From Candidatus Competibacter sp. (GTDB lineage Bacteria > Pseudomonadota > Gammaproteobacteria > Competibacterales > Competibacteraceae): a DNA stretch of 64,000 bases. The translations under genes were made by a program, and so were the position numbers. Every line of letters begins with the position of its first letter. Position 1 is the first letter of the stretch. Shown here piece after piece: positions 24,158 to 36,279 of the stretch. The notes below the pieces were generated by a model, which did not search any database, was not told the DNA's origin, and saw nothing but the letters and a program-made list of their open reading frames with translations. The DNA lies in assembly GCA_035442025.1 (NCBI GenBank), contig DAORPQ010000004.1, forward strand, positions 14,515-78,514. Reading direction: 5' to 3'.

Positions 24158-24419
24158 CAAGCCCCTCATCCGGCAAACGTGATTCATAGCTTTACCCATG
24201 CTAAGCGCTTTTTGTCCGAAATTCCATCCATAACTCTTAGCAAAAGTCTTGCCAGCCCGCCTTCTCGCCGGGGCGCGCTTTAACCTATAAACCGTGATCA
24301 TTGCAAAAAAATGATGGGCTCCGCTGAGAAACCTCAGCCGTTCCTGTAGACTTTTTATTTCGCTATTAAGACCCAAGCACTCTAATCACTGTTGACTGAA
24401 CCCGATCCGACAGGAGGCC

Positions 24420-26465
24420 ATGATGGTCAGCTACACCACCGAGTCCATCCGCAACATTGCTCTGGCCGGGCATGGCGCGGCTGGAAAAACCACGCTGGTG
24501 GAATCCATTTTGCACCACGCCGGCAAACTCCCCGCTCCCGGCGCTGTTGAGAAGGGGAATACGGTCTGCGATTTCGACCCCCAGGAAAAAGCGCACCAAC
24601 ACTCGCTGGACTCGGCGTTGGTCAACCTGGACTATAACGGCGCCCACATCAACCTGATCGATACCCCCGGTTTTCCTGATTTTCTCGGTCATGCCATCGC
24701 CGTATTGCCGGCGGTCGAAACGGTGGCCGTGGTCATCAACGCCCAAACCGGCATCGAGGCCGTCACGCAGCGGATCATGGAGCGCGCCGGCGAACGCCGG
24801 CAGTGCCGGATGATCGTCGTCAACAAGATCGATGCCGAAAACCTCGATCTGGCCGGCCTGGTGAGCCAGATTCAAGACAGCTTCGGCAAGGAATGCCTAC
24901 CGGTTAACTTGCCGGCCAAAGATGGCAACCAAGTGGTCGACTGTTTCTTCAATCCCGCCGGCGACAGCGATTTTTCCAGCGTGGCCGCCGCCCATTCCGC
25001 CCTGATCGATCAAGTGGTGGAAATGGATGAGGAACTGATGGCGCTTTATCTGGACCAGGGCGAGGATCTCCAGCCCGACCAACTGCACGCGCCCTTTGAA
25101 AAAGCCTTGCGAGAAGGCCACCTCATTCCGATCTGTTTCGTTTCGGCGCGCACCGGGGCGGGCGTGAAAGAGTTGTTGGACGTCTTCGTCAAGCTGTTGC
25201 CCAATCCCGCCGAGGGCACTCCCGAACCGTTCTTGAAAGGCGATGGCAAAACGGAGCAGATCTATCCCGCGCCCGACCCGCACCAGCATGTGATCGCGCA
25301 TGTCTTCAAAGTGGTTATCGACCCTTTCATCGGCAAACTGGGCATCTTCCGAATCTATCAAGGCACGCTCAACAAGGACAGCCCGCTCTATATCGGCGAC
25401 GGCCGCAAGCCGTTCAAGGTCAGCCACCTGTTTCACTTGCACGGCAAGGAACACCCGGAAGTCGCGGCCGGGATACCGGGCGATATTTGTGCCGTGGCCA
25501 AGGTAGACGATATCCATCGCGGCGTGGTGCTGCACGATTCCCACGACGACGATCAAATCCACCCGCAACCCCTGCAGTTCCCGACGCCGCTGTTCGGCCT
25601 AGCCATCCGCGCCGCCACCCGCGGTGACGAGCAAAAATTATCGGATACCGTGCACAAGCTGCTGGAAGAGGACCCTTGTCTGGCGCTGGAGCACAACGCC
25701 CACACCAAGGAAACCGTCCTGCGGGGCTTGAGCGACCTGCATCTGCGCATCACCCTCGAAAAGATGCAGCAACGCTACAACTTGCAGGTCGAAACCAAGC
25801 CGCCCAAGATCGCCTACAAGGAAACCGTGAGCCAGAACGCCGAAGGCCACCACCGCCACAAGAAACAGACCGGCGGGGCCGGCCAGTTCGGCGAGGTGTA
25901 CATGCGCATCGAGCCGCTGCCGCGCGATGCCGGCTTCGAGTTCGTCAGCGAAGTCGTGGGCGGCACCATCCCCACCTCGTTCTTGCCCGCCGTGGAGAAA
26001 GGCGTGCGCGAAGCCTTGCAGGAAGGCGCGATCGCCGGCTATCCGATGCAAGACGTGCGCGCCATCGCCTACGATGGCAAATACCACCCGGTCGATTCCA
26101 AGGAAATCGCCTTCATCACCGCCGGGCGCGAGGCGTTCCTGGATGCGGTCAGCAAAGCCAAACCGTTGGTGCTGGAACCTATCGTCAACCTGCAAGTGCA
26201 CACGCCGGCCGACAGCGTCGGCGCGATCACCGGCGATTTGTCCAGCCGGCGCGGCCGCATCGCCGGCACCGACGCCGGATCGCGCGGCATGAGCATCATC
26301 AACGCCCAAGTACCGCTGGCCGAGCTGGAAGGTTACGAGTCGCAGCTGAAATCCATGACCGGCGGCCACGGTTCGTACCACATTGAGCTGAGCCATTACG
26401 ATCCGGTGCCGGGCGACATCCAGCAAAAGCTGCAAGCCACCCACAAGAAACAGCAGGAAAGCTGA
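24420..26465 (+). CDS. Elongation factor G paralogue (EF-G-like translational GTPase family, divergent G domain)
   Basis: 681 aa. P-loop GHGAAGKTT, switch II DTPGFPDF (canonical DTPGHVDF), G4 NKID. Domains II-V are colinear with EF-G. Confidence 0.85.
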   Translation: MMVSYTTESIRNIALAGHGAAGKTTLVESILHHAGKLPAPGAVEKGNTVCDFDPQEKAHQHSLDSALVNLDYNGAHINLIDTPGFPDFLGHAIAVLPAVETVAVVINAQTGIEAVTQRIMERAGERRQCRMIVVNKIDAENLDLAGLVSQIQDSFGKECLPVNLPAKDGNQVVDCFFNPAGDSDFSSVAAAHSALIDQVVEMDEELMALYLDQGEDLQPDQLHAPFEKALREGHLIPICFVSARTGAGVKELLDVFVKLLPNPAEGTPEPFLKGDGKTEQIYPAPDPHQHVIAHVFKVVIDPFIGKLGIFRIYQGTLNKDSPLYIGDGRKPFKVSHLFHLHGKEHPEVAAGIPGDICAVAKVDDIHRGVVLHDSHDDDQIHPQPLQFPTPLFGLAIRAATRGDEQKLSDTVHKLLEEDPCLALEHNAHTKETVLRGLSDLHLRITLEKMQQRYNLQVETKPPKIAYKETVSQNAEGHHRHKKQTGGAGQFGEVYMRIEPLPRDAGFEFVSEVVGGTIPTSFLPAVEKGVREALQEGAIAGYPMQDVRAIAYDGKYHPVDSKEIAFITAGREAFLDAVSKAKPLVLEPIVNLQVHTPADSVGAITGDLSSRRGRIAGTDAGSRGMSIINAQVPLAELEGYESQLKSMTGGHGSYHIELSHYDPVPGDIQQKLQATHKKQQES

Positions 26466-26472
26466 TCGCTCG

Positions 26473-26502
26473 GGCGCGGGCCGGGGTGAGCCGGCCCGCG
26501 CC
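26473..26502. terminator. GC-rich hairpin between convergent EF-G-like and macro-domain genes
   Basis: Perfect 12-bp stem GGCGCGGGCCGG / CCGGCCCGCGCC with a 6-nt loop. There is no clear U tract. Confidence 0.4.
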
Positions 26503-26518
26503 TTGCAAGATCGGTCGC

Positions 26519-27040
26519 TCACCCTTCTTGCAGCGCCCGCCGGTAAGCGTCCCGCACCTCCTCGCCAACACAAACCAGATATACCGTCTCGAGTTGCTCG
26601 TCGCCGGCCAGGAACGCCCGGACTTCCCGCAGCGCGATCCGCGCCGCCTCCGCGAGCGGATAGCCGTACACGCCGCAACTGATAGCGGGAAACGCCAGGG
26701 TGCGCACGCCGTTTTCCACCGCCAGCTTGAGGCTGTTGCGATAGCAAGACGCCAGCAATTCCGGTTCGCCTCGGTCACCGCCTCCCCAGATCGGGCCGAC
26801 CGTGTGAATGACGTAACGCGCCGGCAAGCGGTAACCGCGCGTGATCTTGGCCTGACCGGTGTCACAACCTTTCAGGGCGCGGCACTCGGCCAACAGTTCC
26901 GGGCCGGCGGCGCGATGGATGGCGCCATCGACTCCGCCGCCGCCCAGCAACGAGCGGTTGGCGGCGTTGACGACAGCATCCACCCGCAACCGGGTAATGT
27001 CGTTCGAAACAAGCTCGATTCGCCCGGCGGCCGCCGCCAT
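26519..27040 (-). CDS. ymdB: Macro domain protein (O-acetyl-ADP-ribose deacetylase, YmdB-like)
   Basis: [54 protein letters not shown] at 27040 is preferred to 27094. Confidence 0.85.
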   Translation of the reverse strand: MAAAAGRIELVSNDITRLRVDAVVNAANRSLLGGGGVDGAIHRAAGPELLAECRALKGCDTGQAKITRGYRLPARYVIHTVGPIWGGGDRGEPELLASCYRNSLKLAVENGVRTLAFPAISCGVYGYPLAEAARIALREVRAFLAGDEQLETVYLVCVGEEVRDAYRRALQEG

Positions 27041-27053
27041 GTCGGTGCTCCGG

Positions 27054-27218
27054 TCAAATCTCCACCATCTCGAAATCATCCTTGGTCGCGCCACATTCCG
27101 GGCAGGTCCACGTCAGCGGCACCTCGTCCCAAGGGGTTCCCGGCGGGATGCCATCCTCGGGCCAACCCTTTGCCTCATCATAAATAAACCCACAAATCAA
27201 GCACATGTATTTCTTCAT
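27054..27218 (-). CDS. Rubredoxin (54 aa; absent from the supplied ORF track)
   Basis: Hand translation of the minus strand gives [54 protein letters not shown]. It has both CxxCG knuckles (CLICG, CPECG) and the conserved aromatic core. Confidence 0.9.
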   Translation of the reverse strand: MKKYMCLICGFIYDEAKGWPEDGIPPGTPWDEVPLTWTCPECGATKDDFEMVEI

Positions 27219-27362
27219 ATCAGTCGTAATTTCCGATTACAGTGGTTTTGCGGCGGCTTACGCGGGCGGTATTGTCCCACGCCGACGAATCCCGAAAAAC
27301 CCATGATGTTTGTTAGAATTCAGCCCACTACGCAATCAACCCCCCGACTCAGGAGTTCCGGC

Positions 27363-28193
27363 TTGATCCCTGTAAACCCGGCCTTTATTCCGGTGGTCAT
27401 GACGCTGGCGGGGAACGACCCTAGCGGCGGCGCTGGCCTCTGTGCCGATATCGAAACGCTCGTCAGTCTGGGCTGTCACCCCGCGCCCGTGGTCACGGCC
27501 CTGACCGTACAGGATACCCACAACGTCAAGGCGCTACTGCCCGTCGCTTCCAAGCTGGTACTGGCCCAGGCGAACGCGGTCCTGAACGATATGCCGGTTG
27601 CGGCCTTCAAGATCGGCGTGATCGGTAGCGCGGAGAATGCCGCCGCCCTTCATACCCTGCTGACCGCCCATCCCCGGATACCCGTGGTGCTCGATCCGGT
27701 GCTGACGGCGGGCGGCGGCACCGAACTGGCCAACAAGGGCCTGATCGAGGCCGTTCAAACCCTGCTGCTGCCGCTGACCACCGTTCTCACCCCCAACAGC
27801 ATCGAGGCTCGCCGGCTGGCCCCCGAAGCGGATACGCTGAACGCCTGCGCCATGGCCTTGCTGGCGCGCGGCTGTCAATATGTCCTGATCACCGGCGGAC
27901 ACGAACCGAGCGACGAGGTCACCAACAACCTCTACGGCAATAACCGGTTGCTGGATACCTTTCGCTGGCCGCGCCTGCCGGACAGCTACCACGGTTCCGG
28001 CTGCACTTTGGCCGCCGCCATCGCGGCTTTGCTCGCCCAAGGCCACGAACTGCACTCAAGCACCCCGCTGTCCGCCCTCCATAAAGCGCAGGATTATACG
28101 TGGCGGTCGCTGGAGGCCGGTTATAGGGCGGGCGGCGGACAACGGCTGCCCAACCGCCTGTTTTGGGCCGCCACTCGCGGAGATCGGCCATGA
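27363..28193 (+). CDS. thiD: Hydroxymethylpyrimidine/phosphomethylpyrimidine kinase ThiD
   Basis: VMTLAGNDPSGGAGLCADIETL, GCTLAAAIAALLAQG. TTG at 27363 lies 7 nt after AGGAG and is preferred. ATG at 27303 is an alternative. ORF-track start 26859 overlaps two minus-strand genes. Confidence 0.88.
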   Translation: MIPVNPAFIPVVMTLAGNDPSGGAGLCADIETLVSLGCHPAPVVTALTVQDTHNVKALLPVASKLVLAQANAVLNDMPVAAFKIGVIGSAENAAALHTLLTAHPRIPVVLDPVLTAGGGTELANKGLIEAVQTLLLPLTTVLTPNSIEARRLAPEADTLNACAMALLARGCQYVLITGGHEPSDEVTNNLYGNNRLLDTFRWPRLPDSYHGSGCTLAAAIAALLAQGHELHSSTPLSALHKAQDYTWRSLEAGYRAGGGQRLPNRLFWAATRGDRP

Positions 28194-28816
28194 ATAAAAC
28201 GGCCTGCCGAGGGCTTTACGCGATCACCGATGCCGTGTTGCTGCCCGACGAGCGGCTGCTAGCGGCGGTCGAGCAGGCGATCTTGGGCGGCGCTCGCTCG
28301 GTCCAATATCGCGACAAAAGCGGGGACGGTGGCCGGCGGCTGGCCCAAGCGCACGGCTTGAACCGGTTATGCCGGCGTCATCAGGTCCCATTGATCGTCA
28401 ATGACGACGTGGAGCTGGCCGCTCAAGTCGGCGCGGCGGGCGTTCACATCGGCCGAAATGATCCCGCTTTCGCAACGGCCCGCGCTCGGTTGGGAGAGGC
28501 GGCGCTGATTGGAGTGTCCTGCTATGACTGCTTGGCCCTGGCGCTAGACGCCGAACGGGCCGGCGCAGATTACGTGGCGTTTGGCGCGTTTTTCCCATCG
28601 CCCACCAAACCCGACGAAATTCGCGCGCCTCTCGGCCTGCTGCGGGAAGCCAAAGTCAGCTTGAAGGTGCCCGTCGTCGCCATCGGCGGCATCACGCCAG
28701 ACAATGCGCCCACACTGCTGGACGCCGGCGCCGACGCTTTAGCGGTGGTCAGCGCGCTATTCGCCCAGCCCGATATCCGGGACGCAGCCCGCCGCTTCGC
28801 CGCGCTATTCACTTGA
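28190..28816 (+). CDS. thiE: Thiamine-phosphate synthase ThiE
   Basis: [14 protein letters not shown]...VQYRDK...GVHIG...VAIGGI. ATG at 28190 overlaps the thiD stop (ATGA). Confidence 0.92.
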   Translation: MNKTACRGLYAITDAVLLPDERLLAAVEQAILGGARSVQYRDKSGDGGRRLAQAHGLNRLCRRHQVPLIVNDDVELAAQVGAAGVHIGRNDPAFATARARLGEAALIGVSCYDCLALALDAERAGADYVAFGAFFPSPTKPDEIRAPLGLLREAKVSLKVPVVAIGGITPDNAPTLLDAGADALAVVSALFAQPDIRDAARRFAALFT

Positions 28817-28827
28817 GGACGACTGCC

Positions 28828-30105
28828 ATGAGCCGCTCTAAAATCTTGTTCGACGACGCGCGACGCTATATCCCCGGCGGTGTCAATTCGCCGGTTCGGG
28901 CCTTTCGCGGCGTCGGCGGGACACCCGTTTTTTTCAAACGCGGCGCGGGCGCGTATCTGTACGATGAGGACGACCGCCGTTACATCGATTATGTCGGCTC
29001 CTGGGGGCCGATGATCGCCGGCCACGCGCATCCCGCCGTGGTTCGCGCCGTTCAGGCAGCGGCCGCCGACGGCCTGAGCTTCGGCGCGCCCACCGCCATC
29101 GAGACCGTGATGGCGCGCACTGTTCAAGCGTTGGTACCGTCCATGGAGCTGGTGCGGATGTGCAGTTCCGGCACCGAAGCCACCATGAGCGCCATCCGGC
29201 TGGCGCGTGGCTTTAGCTCTCGCAACACGCTGATCAAATTCGAGGGCTGCTATCACGGCCATTCCGATTCGCTGCTGATCAAGGCCGGGTCCGGCGCGCT
29301 GACTTTGGGCGTGCCGACCTCGCCCGGCGTACCGGCAGCGCTGGCGGCTTATACCATGACCCTCAACTTTAACGATTTGTCGCAAGTCCAAGAGGCGTTT
29401 GCGGCGAAGGGTCAGGAAATCGCCGCGGTCATCGTCGAACCGGTTGCCGGCAATATGAACTGCATTCCGCCCGCGCCCGGTTTTCTGGCGGGCTTGCGCG
29501 AGCTTTGTGACCGTTATGGCAGCGTGCTGATTTTCGATGAGGTGATGACCGGCTTTAGGGTTGCGCCGGGGGGCGCGCAGGCGCTCTATGGCGTCAAGCC
29601 CGATCTGACCACGCTCGGCAAGATCATCGGCGGCGGGATGCCGGTCGGCGCGTTCGGCGGGCGGCGGGCGATCATGGAAAAACTGGCGCCGCTTGGGCCG
29701 ATCTATCAAGCCGGCACCCTGTCGGGCAATCCGGTGGCGATGGCGGCGGGGCTGGCGACGCTGGACTTGATCGCCGCGCCCGGCTTCCACGACCGTCTGG
29801 CGGCCAAAACCCGACAACTGTGCGATGGGCTAATCGCCGCCGCCCGTGAAGCGGGCGTACCGCTGACGACGAATGCGGTCGGTGGAATGTTTGGCGTGTT
29901 TTTCACGGAAGAGCCGGTCACCACCTACGCACAAGCGGTCGCCTGCGATGTCGAACGGTTCAAGGCGTTCTTTCACGGGATGCTCGCGGAAGGGGTTTAC
30001 TTGGCGCCCTCCGCTTTTGAGGCGGGATTTCTGTCCTCGGCCCATACCGACGCCGATATTGACGCCACCCTCAGCGCCGCCCGCCAAGTTTTCGCGCGCA
30101 TCTGA
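28828..30105 (+). CDS. hemL: Glutamate-1-semialdehyde 2,1-aminomutase
   Basis: [56 protein letters not shown] at 28828 lies 8 nt after GAGGA. Confidence 0.96.
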   Translation: MSRSKILFDDARRYIPGGVNSPVRAFRGVGGTPVFFKRGAGAYLYDEDDRRYIDYVGSWGPMIAGHAHPAVVRAVQAAAADGLSFGAPTAIETVMARTVQALVPSMELVRMCSSGTEATMSAIRLARGFSSRNTLIKFEGCYHGHSDSLLIKAGSGALTLGVPTSPGVPAALAAYTMTLNFNDLSQVQEAFAAKGQEIAAVIVEPVAGNMNCIPPAPGFLAGLRELCDRYGSVLIFDEVMTGFRVAPGGAQALYGVKPDLTTLGKIIGGGMPVGAFGGRRAIMEKLAPLGPIYQAGTLSGNPVAMAAGLATLDLIAAPGFHDRLAAKTRQLCDGLIAAAREAGVPLTTNAVGGMFGVFFTEEPVTTYAQAVACDVERFKAFFHGMLAEGVYLAPSAFEAGFLSSAHTDADIDATLSAARQVFARI

Positions 30106-30286
30106 CGATTTGGGGGACAGAGATTATGTCCCGGTCGGCCGAACGCTCGACTGCACGCCGCAACTCGCCGAGATTTACGGCCGGGGTGGAATTTCCAGAT
30201 CCCAAACCCACCGCGCATCCGACCTGACGCACCCAAACAGTCAAAAGGCCCTAAAAGAGCCTTTCCTTCAGCTCGCACGGTGGGAT

Positions 30287-30826
30287 TCAGCGCCGCAACC
30301 GCCAGTTACCCAGCAACCCGATCACGCCCAAACTGAAAAATAACGCTAAATTCCATACCGGCACACTCATTCCCAGCAAGGTCCAATCGACCTTGGCGCA
30401 TTCGCCGGAACCGGTCAGCACTTCCCGCAGCGCCTCGCCGAGCGGAAAGGTTTGCAGCAGGTAATCCAAGCTGGGGCCGCAACGCGGCGCTTGGTCGGGC
30501 GGCAAATGTTGCAGCCACACATGGCGGGCCGCAACCACCATGCCGACGGTCGCCGCCAGATCGATCAGCACGCCATAGACCCTAGCACCCACCTCTCGCG
30601 GATTGTGAATCGCCGCCGCCAAAAACACCACCGCGACCGCCACCAGCGCCAGCCGCTGAAAAATACATAACGGACACGGCTCGACGCCCTGACCGTACTG
30701 GGCGTAATAGGCGTAACCCAAAGCGAGCGCGCATCCCAGAAAACCCAGCGCGTTCAGCCAGCGCCGGGACAACCCGCCAACACCTTCGGCAGCGGCGTCC
30801 GTTACTGAAGAATCCCGCATGACCAT
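30287..30826 (-). CDS. dsbB: Disulfide bond formation protein B
   Basis: 179 aa with four TM segments and CPLC in the first periplasmic loop region (EPCPLCIFQR). Second Cys pair at RCGP...GECAKVDW. The ORF-track N-terminal extension to 31171 overlaps the next gene. Confidence 0.85.
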   Translation of the reverse strand: MVMRDSSVTDAAAEGVGGLSRRWLNALGFLGCALALGYAYYAQYGQGVEPCPLCIFQRLALVAVAVVFLAAAIHNPREVGARVYGVLIDLAATVGMVVAARHVWLQHLPPDQAPRCGPSLDYLLQTFPLGEALREVLTGSGECAKVDWTLLGMSVPVWNLALFFSLGVIGLLGNWRLRR

Positions 30827-30852
30827 CCCACCAGCACTTGAACGTTGAAGAT

Positions 30853-31134
30853 TCAGCGATCCGAATGACCCAACGACCGCTCCGGCGCGATCAGATCGCG
30901 GACTCGCTGCTTGACTTCCTTGGCCTCGGGAAAGCGCCCTTCTTGTTGGCGCGACCAGACCACGCGCTCGTCCGCCAGCCGGATCTCGAAAACGCCGCCC
31001 GTACCGGGTCGCAGCGCCACTTCCCCCAACTCGTCCTCGAAGGTGGTCAGCAGTTCCTGCGCCAGCCACGCGGCACGCAACAGCCACCGGCATTGCGTGC
31101 AATAGGTGATGCTCACCCGCGGTTTCGGTTCCAT
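30853..31134 (-). CDS. SelT/SelW/SelH (Rdx) family CxxC redox protein
   Basis: 93 aa. PRVSITYCTQCRWLLRAAWLAQELLTTF is the characteristic Rdx N-terminal beta-strand-CxxC-helix. ATG at 31134. Confidence 0.75.
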   Translation of the reverse strand: MEPKPRVSITYCTQCRWLLRAAWLAQELLTTFEDELGEVALRPGTGGVFEIRLADERVVWSRQQEGRFPEAKEVKQRVRDLIAPERSLGHSDR

Positions 31135-31145
31135 ATTTGCGCCCT

Positions 31146-31922
31146 TCACAGCTTGTCGAGATAGGCCACACCGCCCAATTGCTCCATCTGCCGCTCGATC
31201 CACCGCTGGCGTTTTACCACGTAAGCGGACGGCTTATCCACCCGGTAACGCACTGGATTGGGCAACACCGCCGCCAGTCGCACGGCCTCGCCGGCCGTCA
31301 AGCGAGCCGCTGGCTTGTTGAAAAAACGCCGGCTGGCCGCTCCCACCCCGAAGGTATAATCCCCGAACTCGGCGACGTTCAAATAAACTTCCAGAATCCG
31401 TTGTTTGGGCCAGAGCAGTTCCAACAGCACGGTGAACCACGCCTCCAGGCCCTTGCGGATGAAACTGCGCCCCGACCAGAGAAACAGGTTTTTGGCCACC
31501 TGCTGGCTGATGGTGCTGGCGCCGCGCAACGGTCGGCCTTCTTCCTGACCGTCCAGCGCCTCCCGAATTTCCACGAGGTCGAAACCGTGATGCGCGGGAA
31601 ACCGTTGGTCTTCCCCGGCGATCACCGCCAGCGCGGCATAGGGCGAGATGGCCGTCCACGGTGTCCAGTCGTAGCGAACCGCACCGCCCTGCCCCGCCCA
31701 CCACGCCTTGATTCCGTTCTGGACGATCACGCTCGACGCCGGCAACGGCAACCAGCGCAGCGCCAGAACCAACAACACCGAAGCCGCCACAAAGCCCGCC
31801 GACCCGCGCCAGAGCCCCCGCCAGAGCCGGACCCCTCTGCCCGGTTTTGCCGCGGGCTGCCGTCGGGCGGCGTTGAAACGGAGCGGCCACCTCCACCGCC
31901 GTTTCCTCAAAAGACTCCCCAC
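31146..31922 (-). CDS. mtgA: Monofunctional biosynthetic peptidoglycan transglycosylase
   Basis: GT51 motifs AVIAGEDQRFPAHHGFD, GASTISQQVAKNLFL, RILEVYLNVAEFG. ORF-track ATG at 31961 would overlap the upstream gene by 55 nt. In-frame GTG at 31922 avoids this, but the start is uncertain. Confidence 0.88.
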   Translation of the reverse strand: MGSLLRKRRWRWPLRFNAARRQPAAKPGRGVRLWRGLWRGSAGFVAASVLLVLALRWLPLPASSVIVQNGIKAWWAGQGGAVRYDWTPWTAISPYAALAVIAGEDQRFPAHHGFDLVEIREALDGQEEGRPLRGASTISQQVAKNLFLWSGRSFIRKGLEAWFTVLLELLWPKQRILEVYLNVAEFGDYTFGVGAASRRFFNKPAARLTAGEAVRLAAVLPNPVRYRVDKPSAYVVKRQRWIERQMEQLGGVAYLDKL

Positions 31923-32410
31923 GCCACCCCCGAAGCCATGGTTTCGCCCAACTCCTCGCAAGACTGCAAAATAGCGGCGTTCAGCTCGCCGCGGGCGATG
32001 ACCGGATCGCAGACCGGTTTTAGCGGGTAGCCGCGCGCGATGCGCTCGATGCTGTTCAAAGCTCCGGTTCCGTCATTCCCGGCGCTGACGAACACGGCAT
32101 ACGGCAGGCCGCCGATCTGCCCTTGGGCCGGATAATAGGTGCGATCCAAAAAATTTTTCAGCGCCCCGGACATATAGCCAAAATTCTCCGGCGTGCCCAG
32201 CAACAAGCCGTGCGCCCACAACAAATCGTCCAGACCGGCCCGCAGCGCCATTTTCAGTCGCGTTTCGACCTCAATCACCCGCCGCGCGCCGCGCAGCGTT
32301 GCCCTGGCCATGGCTCGGGTATGGCCGGTCTGGGAATGGTAAACGATCAACAGGTGTTTGCGCGGTCCGGTCACGGCAGCATCCTTCCGGTCATGTACTT
32401 GCCGCGCCAC
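31907..32410 (-). CDS. Flavodoxin-like fold protein (FMN-dependent NAD(P)H oxidoreductase-like)
   Basis: 167 aa. LLIVYHSQTGHTRAMA is a flavodoxin-type FMN phosphate-binding loop. GTPENFGYMSGALKNFLD. Confidence 0.7.
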   Translation of the reverse strand: MARQVHDRKDAAVTGPRKHLLIVYHSQTGHTRAMARATLRGARRVIEVETRLKMALRAGLDDLLWAHGLLLGTPENFGYMSGALKNFLDRTYYPAQGQIGGLPYAVFVSAGNDGTGALNSIERIARGYPLKPVCDPVIARGELNAAILQSCEELGETMASGVAWGVF

Positions 32411-32473
32411 GGAATTTCCGCTATGGTTGCGGGTCTTTTACAGTAGCTAAGAACGGTTGATCAGCGAGGTAGT

Positions 32474-32692
32474 ATGTCGAAAGAAGACCATATCGAAATG
32501 GAAGGCACCGTAGTCGATACCCTGCCTAACACCATGTTCAGGGTAAAATTGGAAAACGGTCATGTGGTTACGGCGCATATTTCCGGCCGGATGCGCAAGC
32601 ACTACATCCGTATCCTGACCGGCGACAAGGTCAAGGTGGAATTGACCCCTTATGATCTGAGCAAGGGGCGCATCACCTATCGCGGGCGCTGA
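32474..32692 (+). CDS. infA: Translation initiation factor IF-1
   Basis: 72 aa. [72 protein letters not shown]. Confidence 0.98.
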   Translation: MSKEDHIEMEGTVVDTLPNTMFRVKLENGHVVTAHISGRMRKHYIRILTGDKVKVELTPYDLSKGRITYRGR

Positions 32693-32783
32693 ACGCCCCA
32701 CCATCGCCCGCTTTCCCCCACCCTGAAACGCCAGCAACCAACCCTCCCTCGGGCCGGGTTGCCGACCGCAACCGCGTGTCGGT

Positions 32784-35033
<2,250 letters not shown>

Positions 35034-35068
35034 AACTCACACCTCGAATCGCGCTGGGGTGATGGGAT

Positions 35069-35395
35069 TCAAGCCTCTTCTAGGGTACATAACAACGGAT
35101 GCTGGTGCCGGCGGGAGAACTCGTTCACCTGCGCCACCTTGGTTTCCGCAATATCATGAGTATAGACCCCGCACACCCCTCGACCACGGGTATGAACGTG
35201 CAACATGATTTGGGTCGCTTTCTCCCGGTTCATTGCGAAAAAACTTTCCAGAATCTGCACCACGAAATCCATCGGAGTATAGTCGTCATTCAGCAAAACC
35301 ACCTTGTACAGTTGCGGCTGTTTCAGCTTGGGTTTGGCCGGTTCCACCACGAGGCCGCGATCTGGATGGGAAGATGAGGACCGTTCCTGACTCAT
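35069..35395 (-). CDS. clpS: ATP-dependent Clp protease adapter ClpS
   Basis: 108 aa. [24 protein letters not shown]...[22 protein letters not shown] at 35395. Confidence 0.95.
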   Translation of the reverse strand: MSQERSSSSHPDRGLVVEPAKPKLKQPQLYKVVLLNDDYTPMDFVVQILESFFAMNREKATQIMLHVHTRGRGVCGVYTHDIAETKVAQVNEFSRRHQHPLLCTLEEA

Positions 35396-35537
35396 GCCGC
35401 TCGTATTGCTTTTTCCGATGACGAATGAATGGTATTCGGGCGTCCGGCGACGGCACAAGAACCCCGTGCCGACGGCTGTCACGGACTGACATTTAGATAA
35501 TACGCGGCCTATAAGTTTCCTCAAGAGCCTTTCACAT

Positions 35538-36197
35538 TTAAAAATTCGGGCGGGGCGCAGACCCGTAACGCACCTGATAATCGCGCATCCTGTCCAGGTA
35601 AGCCGCATGGTCCGGCCGTTCGGCCAGATAAACCACCACGTCGTTCAGGCCGACGATGCTGGTGACCGCGATGCCGTGGGCGCGCTCGGCTTCCTGCACC
35701 GCCGACAGCTCGCCCCGGCCGCGCTCTTGCCGGTCCAGCGCGATCAAAGCGCCCGCCGGCGTTGCTTGGTGGGCGTTCAAAATCCCCATCGTTTCGCGGA
35801 TGGCGGTACCGGCGGTGATGACATCATCCACGATCAGCACTCGACCCTGCAACGGCGCGCCGACGAGCGTTCCGCCTTCACCGTGGCCCTTGGCTTCCTT
35901 GCGGTTGAAGCACCAGGGCAGGTCGCGGCCGTGCTGTTCGGCCAGTGCGATGGCCACCGCCGACACCAGCGGAATGCCTTTGTAGGCCGGGCCGAACAAG
36001 GTGTCGAACTGCAAGCCGGAAGCCACGATGGCGGAAGCGTAGTAACGACCCAAGCGCGCCAGCGCCACACCACTGTCAAATAAGCCCGCGTTGAAAAAAT
36101 AGGGGCTGATCCGCCCGGATTTCAGGGTAAATTCGCCAAAGCGCAGCACGCCCCGGCTGACGGCGAAATCGAGAAAGTCCCGCTGATAGTCTCGCAT
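35538..36197 (-). CDS. pyrE: Orotate phosphoribosyltransferase
   Basis: [40 protein letters not shown] motif [16 protein letters not shown] at 36197. Confidence 0.95.
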   Translation of the reverse strand: MRDYQRDFLDFAVSRGVLRFGEFTLKSGRISPYFFNAGLFDSGVALARLGRYYASAIVASGLQFDTLFGPAYKGIPLVSAVAIALAEQHGRDLPWCFNRKEAKGHGEGGTLVGAPLQGRVLIVDDVITAGTAIRETMGILNAHQATPAGALIALDRQERGRGELSAVQEAERAHGIAVTSIVGLNDVVVYLAERPDHAAYLDRMRDYQVRYGSAPRPNF

Positions 36198-36279
36198 GAT
36201 GGCTAATTCCGGCTCTGGAAAGATAAATCCCGTTATCATAACGCGCTTTATCACCTATCCAGCGGAGCACCATCGTCTC

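Noticed and set aside
24158-24419. ATCATT-N7-AATGAT repeat and GCTGAG-AAAC-CTCAGC hairpin upstream of the EF-G paralogue as Fur box or attenuator
   Set aside because: The repeat matches the Fur consensus poorly compared with the clear site at 44123-44137. The hairpin is short (6 bp) without a U tract. Both are noted but not supported enough to annotate.
27219-27362. Possible TPP (THI-box) riboswitch upstream of thiD-thiE
   Set aside because: The conserved THI-box elements (CUGAGA and the ACCUGAUCUGGAUAAUGCCAGCG-like core) are not present in this leader on either strand.
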